From contig JAPZAR010000022.1 in NCBI GenBank assembly GCA_027460535.1, forward strand, positions 1-32,000: 32,000 bases of DNA, written 5' to 3'. The notes under the pieces are model-generated. The model did no database searches. It was not told where the DNA came from and worked only from the letters and a program-made list of their open reading frames with translations. How positions within the stretch are numbered: the stretch's first letter is position 1; each line of letters begins with the position of its first letter. The position numbers and the translations under genes are program-made. Source of the stretch: Candidatus Methanoperedens sp. GTDB taxonomy: Archaea > Halobacteriota > Methanosarcinia > Methanosarcinales > Methanoperedenaceae. Shown piece by piece: positions 26,713 to 32,000 of this stretch.

Positions 26713-26784
26713 AGGCTTTGCACCCGAACCCTTAATTTTTGCAGACTTCATGTGCAAGTGCGACTTTAGTGCAAAGCCTTTTTT
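26713..26784 (+). terminator. Long-range 11-bp stem (AGGCTTTGCAC / GTGCAAAGCCT) followed by T6
   Basis: Arms at 26713-26723 and 26769-26779 are exact complements around a 45-nt loop that contains an alternative GTGCAAG partner. TTTTTT is at 26779-26784 and overlaps the last stem base. Confidence 0.35.
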
Positions 26785-26848
26785 ATCGCAACCTTTAAGT
26801 CAAGATATATCATTATAACAATGATGAGCATAATAGAGGACTTAAACT

Positions 26849-27289
26849 ATGGGCGCATCAACTTCAATCGTAGTTGCATTGTTCTTTCTTGGTTTTCTGG
26901 TCGTGGGTGCTGCAGTTCACTCATCTGGTGATTATTCTAACAATCTTATAAAAAATGCCCAGTATGACCAGGATACCATGAAAAAAGCAAAAATAAAGAC
27001 GGATGTCACGATAACGAACGTCTCACTCTCAAGTAAATCAGGAAATGTCTACCTGAATATTACACTTCAAAACACAGGCGAGACCACGCTCAATGCAAGC
27101 CTGCTTGAGATTTTTGTCAACGGGAGCTATTATTCCTCTTACAATTTGACGCCTTCGAGAAATTACACATGGGTTCCTCAGAATAAGTTGAATATCTCTC
27201 TCTATCCAATGAATTATACCAACACCACAGGCAGGCGGGTAAAAGTTGTAACAGAGAACGGGATATCTGATTATGCGCTCTCGCCGTAG
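26849..27289 (+). CDS. flaF: Archaellum protein FlaF (ArlF)
   Basis: 146 aa. MG-start TM anchor, NxS/T-rich beta-sandwich pattern (VYLNITLQNTGETTLNASLLEIFVNG), C-terminal RRVKVVTENGISDYAL. GAGGA ribosome-binding site. Confidence 0.75.
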   Translation: MGASTSIVVALFFLGFLVVGAAVHSSGDYSNNLIKNAQYDQDTMKKAKIKTDVTITNVSLSSKSGNVYLNITLQNTGETTLNASLLEIFVNGSYYSSYNLTPSRNYTWVPQNKLNISLYPMNYTNTTGRRVKVVTENGISDYALSP

Positions 27290-27297
27290 GTGATAAA

Positions 27298-28188
27298 ATG
27301 GGATATGCTGTCATAATGTTCGGGGTTCTTCTTATCATGTCGGTGGTAATGGGAATTGCGGTTAATTATGGGATTGCGAAGGACAGCCAGGTTGCGCCTC
27401 TCAAGGCTGAGAATGACTATGCTGCCAGGGAGGCGGGAAAAGCGCAGACTGCTCTTACTATTGTTCAGACGTGTATACAGACTCAATCAGGTGATGGTCG
27501 ATATGTTGATGCCCATGGTAATGACCTATCGGAACAATATTTTTTCAATTTAACCGTTAGAAATAATGGGAGTATTGTATTGAATTCATCGAAACCAACA
27601 GTGATTTATCTATCAAGAAAAACATCAAACAATATCTATAATAGTTCAAAGATTGGATTTCCCAGGACTCCAGGTAACGTCTGGGCGCCCAGGACAAATG
27701 CAAGTCTGAATATATCTGACATTACGATTAACACTCCTGATGTGGGGTTTGGTGGCTGTACCGATAATTCCTGTTATTCGAAAAATCCATGGGATGAATT
27801 AAGGATACTGGTTGCGGCAGAGAACGGAGTTATAGTAATTCCTCCAACTTCGCCGATAAATTTCACGGGCATAGTTGGCACGAATACATCAAAAATTAAC
27901 TTAAGTTGGAATGCGTCATACGATGTGGATGGAATCGCGTATTATCGCATATATGCTTTCGAGGATGATGGAGGTAATGATTTTCCCAATGATTTTTGCC
28001 CTCCCAGAGCTATTTCTATCACACAGATTCCAGCAAATGCAACGTTTTACTCCTATAATCGTCCCATTTATATAAATGATATTACCATTTATTACTTAAC
28101 TGCTGTTGATAACTTAGGAAATGAAGGCGTACCATCCAGAACCATAGATTGCCATACAACAAGTGGGTTCGTTTGTAAAAATAAATAA
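27298..28188 (+). CDS. FlaF/FlaG-fold protein fused to a C-terminal FN3-like domain
   Basis: N-terminal TM anchor MGYAVIMFGVLLIMSVVMGIAV. FlaF/G-type core: YFFNLTVRNNGSIVLNS...WAP...LRILVAAENGVIVI. Then PPTSPINFTGIVGTNTSKINLSWNASYDVDGIAYYRIY...YYLTAVDNLGNEGVPS, a fibronectin type III pattern. AGGTGA ribosome-binding site. Confidence 0.6.
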   Translation: MGYAVIMFGVLLIMSVVMGIAVNYGIAKDSQVAPLKAENDYAAREAGKAQTALTIVQTCIQTQSGDGRYVDAHGNDLSEQYFFNLTVRNNGSIVLNSSKPTVIYLSRKTSNNIYNSSKIGFPRTPGNVWAPRTNASLNISDITINTPDVGFGGCTDNSCYSKNPWDELRILVAAENGVIVIPPTSPINFTGIVGTNTSKINLSWNASYDVDGIAYYRIYAFEDDGGNDFPNDFCPPRAISITQIPANATFYSYNRPIYINDITIYYLTAVDNLGNEGVPSRTIDCHTTSGFVCKNK

Positions 28189-28203
28189 ATAGCGAGAAAA
28201 AAA

Positions 28204-28659
28204 ATGGCAGGCGAAGCAATAACCCAACTGATATTCTTCATAGGCGCGGTGGTGATAGCCGTGAGCGTCATTGGCGTGGTAACAACCAACGTGCATTCCA
28301 TCACAGCATCCTACGGCATGAGTAGCCAGACACTGGCTGACCAGTTAAAGACCGACATTACCATAATCAATGACCCCGCGGCGATTCCCTACGATAACAA
28401 TACCGATAATTACAGTTTCTATGTAAAAAATACCGGGAAAAACACGCTTGACCCCACCTCTGTTAACATGTTCATCGATGGGAATTACTATAACTTTTCA
28501 AAAAACTGGACGATAATGGACAAACCAGGTAGTTCTTCCTGGTACCCCGCCTATGTGCTGAGGCTGAATTATTCGTCCCCAGGACTTTCATCAGGAGACC
28601 ATACTGTAAGGGTAGTTGCAGGAAACGGCGTATTCGATACACTGCCTTTCCACATCTGA
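28204..28659 (+). CDS. flaG: Archaellum protein FlaG (ArlG)
   Basis: MAGEAITQLIFFIGAVVIAVSVIGVV N-terminus, YSFYVKNTGKNTLDPTSVNMFIDGNYY core, and HTVRVVAGNGVFDTLPF C-terminus; 151 aa. Confidence 0.75.
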   Translation: MAGEAITQLIFFIGAVVIAVSVIGVVTTNVHSITASYGMSSQTLADQLKTDITIINDPAAIPYDNNTDNYSFYVKNTGKNTLDPTSVNMFIDGNYYNFSKNWTIMDKPGSSSWYPAYVLRLNYSSPGLSSGDHTVRVVAGNGVFDTLPFHI

Positions 28660-28664
28660 TATTT

Positions 28665-29363
28665 ATGAATAGCGGAATACGGTGCTTCGATTTACCACGG
28701 GATGAACTGTGCAGGAAGCTTGGCGGGGGTTTCCCGCCGGGTTCGATCATAGTGCTGGAAGGGGGTACGGGCAGCGGGAAAAGTACGGTCTGCCAGCGCT
28801 TGGCATACGGGCTGATGGAAAATGACTTCTCGGTGACATATGTTTCGACCCAGATGACTACCAAGGGTTTCATCAACCAGATGTACTCGCTTGAATACAG
28901 GATAGCGCCTTTCCTTCTGAAAAAGAAACTTCTCTACATACCTGTCTTATCCCTCATAGACCAGGCGGCTTCGCGAGAAGATTTCATTGAACGGCTAAGA
29001 GAGGCAAAAGCGCTCTTTGAAAAGGACATAATAATAATTGATACCATATCTTCCCTTATCAAACACAGTGCCAACGTAGAAAAAAGCCTTGAACTTGTGT
29101 CTTTTTTTAAAAGACTGACAGGGATAAAAAAGACCATTATCCTTTCCATCGACCCGACTGAGCTTGACCCCAATATACTTTCTGAATTCGTCGGGTCTTG
29201 CGATATAAACCTCTCCCTGAAAATAAGCACACTCGGGAGCAGTATCAAGAGAACGATTATCGTGAATAAGTTCACCGGGGCATCTGCATCTGTTGACAGC
29301 ATGGTCGGTTTCAGGATAGAGCCAAACGTTGGACTGGTCGTGGAAATTGCCTCCGTGTCGTGA
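28665..29363 (+). CDS. flaH: Archaellum protein FlaH (ArlH), RecA/KaiC-like ATP-binding protein
   Basis: LGGGFPPGSIIVLEGGTGSGKSTVCQRLAYGL Walker A context and VTYVSTQMTTKGFINQM; 232 aa. Confidence 0.9.
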   Translation: MNSGIRCFDLPRDELCRKLGGGFPPGSIIVLEGGTGSGKSTVCQRLAYGLMENDFSVTYVSTQMTTKGFINQMYSLEYRIAPFLLKKKLLYIPVLSLIDQAASREDFIERLREAKALFEKDIIIIDTISSLIKHSANVEKSLELVSFFKRLTGIKKTIILSIDPTELDPNILSEFVGSCDINLSLKISTLGSSIKRTIIVNKFTGASASVDSMVGFRIEPNVGLVVEIASVS

Positions 29364-30991
29364 TGAAAATGAGCGAAGAAACTAGCGAGGGGCTTGAAGA
29401 GGCCAGAAAACGCAACAAACATCTGTCAGAATATCTTGATGAACTTCAAAAAACCAATAAAACTGTTCCTGTATTTATGCCACAGCTTTCCCGGGAGTTG
29501 GCTCTTGAGAAAACGCCAAATTTGATATACCCTGTGGGAGACCCGATATTCATACATATTTGCACAGAGCCGGGGATGGATATTCAGTATATTGTCATAG
29601 AACCTCGTTTAAAACCGGATGAAATAAATAAGTTCAATCTCATTGTTGAAAAAGTCCTTGAGAAAGGGCTCAAGAAAAATATTCAGGTATCAAAAGAGAA
29701 TCTGAAAAAGACACTTTCATCACTTCTCGATGAAGTACTGCTGGTCGAAGGCGGAAAAAAACCAAAATGGTCCTCCCCGATTGCAGTGACAAGAGAAGAA
29801 TATGATAAATTCGGCTATCTCCTGATAAGGGATATTATCGATTCGGGCCCTGTCGAAGCCACGCAGCGTGACCCTTATCTTGAAGATATCCATTGCGTGG
29901 GCTTAAATCCTGTCTCGGTTGTCCATAAGATATTTGGAAACATCGGTACCAATATAAGATTTGATTCCAAGCAATCCATTGATAACTGGCTGCGAACCAT
30001 GGGTGAACGCATAGGACGGCCAATAGGTGATGCAAACCCCATTGCTGGAGGAACCCTCCCCAGCGGTTCGCGTATTGCCATAGCCTACAGCGATGATGTC
30101 AGCAGGCGTGGAAGTTCGTTCACCATACGGAAGTTCACAAAAACCCCTATGTCTATTACCCAGCTTATCAAATTTGGCACGATGAGCTCTCAGGAGGCCG
30201 CATATCTCTGGCTATGCCTCGAAAACGGAATGAGCGTATTTCTGTGCGGTGAAACCGCAAGCGGTAAGACAGCGGCAATGAATGCCACACTTGTGTTCAT
30301 AGATCCCAAGGCCAAGATATACAGCGCAGAGGATGCAACCGAGGTAACTCCTCCGCATGATGTATGGCAGCAACTTGCTACCAAAGAGGATGGGGCTGAA
30401 GAATCGCAGGTTCACATGTTCACGCTCCTGAAAGCGGCGCTCCGATCGCGTCCCAATTATATCATTGTGGGTGAAATAAGGGGCGTAGAAGGAGCGGTAG
30501 CATTCCAGGCGATGCAGACAGGTCATCCTGTGATGTCCACTTTCCACGCATCATCCGTCAGAAAGATGATACAGAGGTTCATAGGTAACCCCATAAGTGT
30601 CCCGGTCACGTTCATCGATAACCTCAATGTATGCGTGGTATTGCATGCTTTGTACAGGAACGGCTTGCTCATCCGGCGCGTAACCGCGATCGAAGAACTT
30701 GAAGGGTATTTCGAGGAAGCGGGTGGTGTGGTCACGCGGGCAGTTTTCCAGTGGAATCCTGCTGACGATAAACATGAGTTCAGGGGCCTGAACAACAGCT
30801 TTATACTTGAGGATAAGATCGCAGGAAGACAGGGTTACAAGGATAAAAGGAAGATCTACGACGAACTGGAGACAAGGGCGAAGATTCTCGATGCCATGGT
30901 AGAAAATGAGGTTTTCGATTTTATGAAAACATTTGAGATCGCAAAGGCATATCGTGAAAAAGGTCTCCAGGGAATTCCCTTCCCGGTATGA
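29363..30991 (+). CDS. flaI: Archaellum assembly/motor ATPase FlaI (ArlI), copy 1
   Basis: Type II/IV secretion ATPase. Motifs: RDPYLEDIHCVG, Walker A GETASGKTA, Walker B/Asp box RPNYIIVGEIRGVEG, His box TGHPVMSTFHA. The ATG at 29363 overlaps the flaH stop (TGATG); GTG at 29360 is an alternative start. Confidence 0.9.
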   Translation: MKMSEETSEGLEEARKRNKHLSEYLDELQKTNKTVPVFMPQLSRELALEKTPNLIYPVGDPIFIHICTEPGMDIQYIVIEPRLKPDEINKFNLIVEKVLEKGLKKNIQVSKENLKKTLSSLLDEVLLVEGGKKPKWSSPIAVTREEYDKFGYLLIRDIIDSGPVEATQRDPYLEDIHCVGLNPVSVVHKIFGNIGTNIRFDSKQSIDNWLRTMGERIGRPIGDANPIAGGTLPSGSRIAIAYSDDVSRRGSSFTIRKFTKTPMSITQLIKFGTMSSQEAAYLWLCLENGMSVFLCGETASGKTAAMNATLVFIDPKAKIYSAEDATEVTPPHDVWQQLATKEDGAEESQVHMFTLLKAALRSRPNYIIVGEIRGVEGAVAFQAMQTGHPVMSTFHASSVRKMIQRFIGNPISVPVTFIDNLNVCVVLHALYRNGLLIRRVTAIEELEGYFEEAGGVVTRAVFQWNPADDKHEFRGLNNSFILEDKIAGRQGYKDKRKIYDELETRAKILDAMVENEVFDFMKTFEIAKAYREKGLQGIPFPV

Positions 30992-30997
30992 GGTTGC

Positions 30998-32000
30998 ATG
31001 ACGTTTGAAGAAGCGATTAAAAATAACCCTCATCTTGGGAAATATGTCAAGGAATTCCAGGAAAAAAATGGCGTTATACCCACGTTTGTTCCGCAGCTTT
31101 CAAGGGATATAGATAAAAAGAACGTCAATGTCATATATCCCGTAGGAGATCCGATTTTCATACACATCTACGGAAATGCGAAGATCGAGCCGCGATATTA
31201 TTCGATCGAGCCTGAGATGACAGAAATAGAAAAAGGAAAGTATGGAGAAATTTTAAGCCTTATACTGAAAAAGACACCACAGGAACCAGCTGCTGACAAT
31301 TCAGAAAAGCTCAGGGCCCATTTGAAAAAACTCTTTGAAAAAGTAATAGCAAAAGGTGAAACCACCAAAGACAAAGGGAAGATTGCATTAACAGAAGAAC
31401 AGTTCAAGAAGATCGAATATTTCATAGACAGGAACATAGTGGGGCACGGTATAATCGAACCTATAATCCGCGACCCTTATCTTGAAGATATTAACAATAT
31501 CGGCAAATACAGCATTTTTGTTGTGCACAAGATTTTTGGGATGATAGAGACCAACATCCATTTTTCATCGGACGAAGAACTTGATGAATGGATGAGGGTG
31601 ATGAGCGAACGCATTGCAAGGCCGGTGAGCGATTTCAGGCCGATAGCCGATGGGGCCATGCCTGACGGTTCGCGTATAAATATCATATATAGCAAAGAGG
31701 TAAGCAGGCGAGGTGGTTCATTCACAATGAGGAAGTTCAATGCCATTCCTACAAGCGTGATACAACTGATAAAGTGGGGCAGTATCAGTGCCGAAATGGG
31801 CGCCTACCTCTGGCTCTGCCTTGAGAACGGCATGAACGTTTTCGTGAGCGGTGAAACTGCGAGCGGGAAAACCACAGCACTTAATTCGATATTGCCTTTC
31901 ATACAATCAAAGGGCAAAATCTACAGTGTCGAGGATACAGCAGAAGTCCTGGCTCCCCAGGAAACGTGGCAGCAGATGATCACGCGGGAAACAGGCCCGG
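30998..32000 (+). CDS. Second FlaI-family ATPase paralog, 3' end beyond the window
   Basis: ATG at 30998 preceded by GAGGT, open to the window end (absent from the track for lack of a stop). Translation: MTFEEAIKNNPHLGKYVKEFQEKNGVIPTFVPQLSRD...IRDPYLEDINNIG...GETASGKTTALNS. It is collinear with copy 1. Confidence 0.85.
   Translation, partial: MTFEEAIKNNPHLGKYVKEFQEKNGVIPTFVPQLSRDIDKKNVNVIYPVGDPIFIHIYGNAKIEPRYYSIEPEMTEIEKGKYGEILSLILKKTPQEPAADNSEKLRAHLKKLFEKVIAKGETTKDKGKIALTEEQFKKIEYFIDRNIVGHGIIEPIIRDPYLEDINNIGKYSIFVVHKIFGMIETNIHFSSDEELDEWMRVMSERIARPVSDFRPIADGAMPDGSRINIIYSKEVSRRGGSFTMRKFNAIPTSVIQLIKWGSISAEMGAYLWLCLENGMNVFVSGETASGKTTALNSILPFIQSKGKIYSVEDTAEVLAPQETWQQMITRETGP

Larger units (their letters stand above)
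25555..27306 (+). repeat. Tandem segmental duplication of a flaF unit (promoter-proximal CTTTAAGTCAA through the first codons of the downstream gene)
   Basis: CTTTAAGTCAA occurs at 25555-25565 and 26793-26803. The 5' coding parts share 29-nt identical blocks and the 3' ends share a 31-nt identical block (cgggtaaaagttgtaacagagaacgggatat). TGATAAATGGGATAT at 26672-26686 matches TGATAAAATGGGATAT at 27291-27306. Confidence 0.7.

Noticed and set aside
28472-31033. Minus-strand ORFs of 90-162 aa across flaG, flaH and flaI
   Set aside because: They lie antisense to unambiguous archaellum genes and have no independent support.
31198-31906. Minus-strand ORFs of 62-89 aa near the window end
   Set aside because: They lie antisense to the open FlaI-paralog frame, which the track omits only because that frame lacks a stop inside the window.
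1-32000. Search for CRISPR arrays, IS elements or transposases, integrases, tRNA/rRNA genes, and in-frame TAG (pyrrolysine) read-through genes
   Set aside because: I found no regularly spaced direct repeats and no DDE, tyrosine or serine recombinase motifs in any frame. I also found no tRNA-like cloverleaf and no methylamine methyltransferase-like ORF interrupted by TAG. The accessory-looking block at 7.6-13.4 kb shows decay and duplication but no recognisable mobility gene.

Overview
This window looks like archaeal chromosome, probably from a methanogen or ANME-type (Methanosarcinales-like) euryarchaeon. That inference rests on adjacent cfbA and cfbE-like coenzyme F430 genes, a deoxyhypusine synthase, an archaellum operon, GGAGG-type ribosome-binding sites and oligo-T terminators. 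I saw no rRNA, tRNA, CRISPR array, transposase or integrase. Region 1-7.6 kb holds an Isf-type flavoprotein, a TetR regulator next to a MacB/FtsX-type ABC permease whose ATPase gene has collapsed to a 35-codon remnant, ICMT-family and SdpI-like membrane proteins, and a second ABC pair. Region 7.6-13.4 kb looks accessory and is entirely minus-strand. It holds decayed or frameshifted genes, a PEGA lipoprotein, two paralogous membrane proteins, and a translationally coupled array of small paralogous membrane proteins. That array has four 4-TM copies, two 2-TM half-size copies and one decayed copy, and it ends in an XRE HTH regulator. A pair of palindromic candidate operators lies upstream of it. 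Region 13.4-23.4 kb is mostly housekeeping: a PanE-family reductase, an NmrA-like oxidoreductase, a DUF362/ferredoxin protein, an ABC-2 exporter, and a cfbA-cfbE-dys-pyrF operon. Region 23.5-32 kb is the most unusual part, a non-canonical archaellum locus. It starts with a 7-TM protein plus a small putative winged-helix protein upstream of a single archaellin. Four FlaF/FlaG-fold genes follow: one with a ~205-aa insertion, one recent duplicate, one fused to an FN3-like domain, and one canonical FlaG. After FlaH come two tandem FlaI ATPase paralogs, the second running off the window. No flaC/D/E genes sit in their usual position. All family assignments come from motif reading only; no database search was possible.
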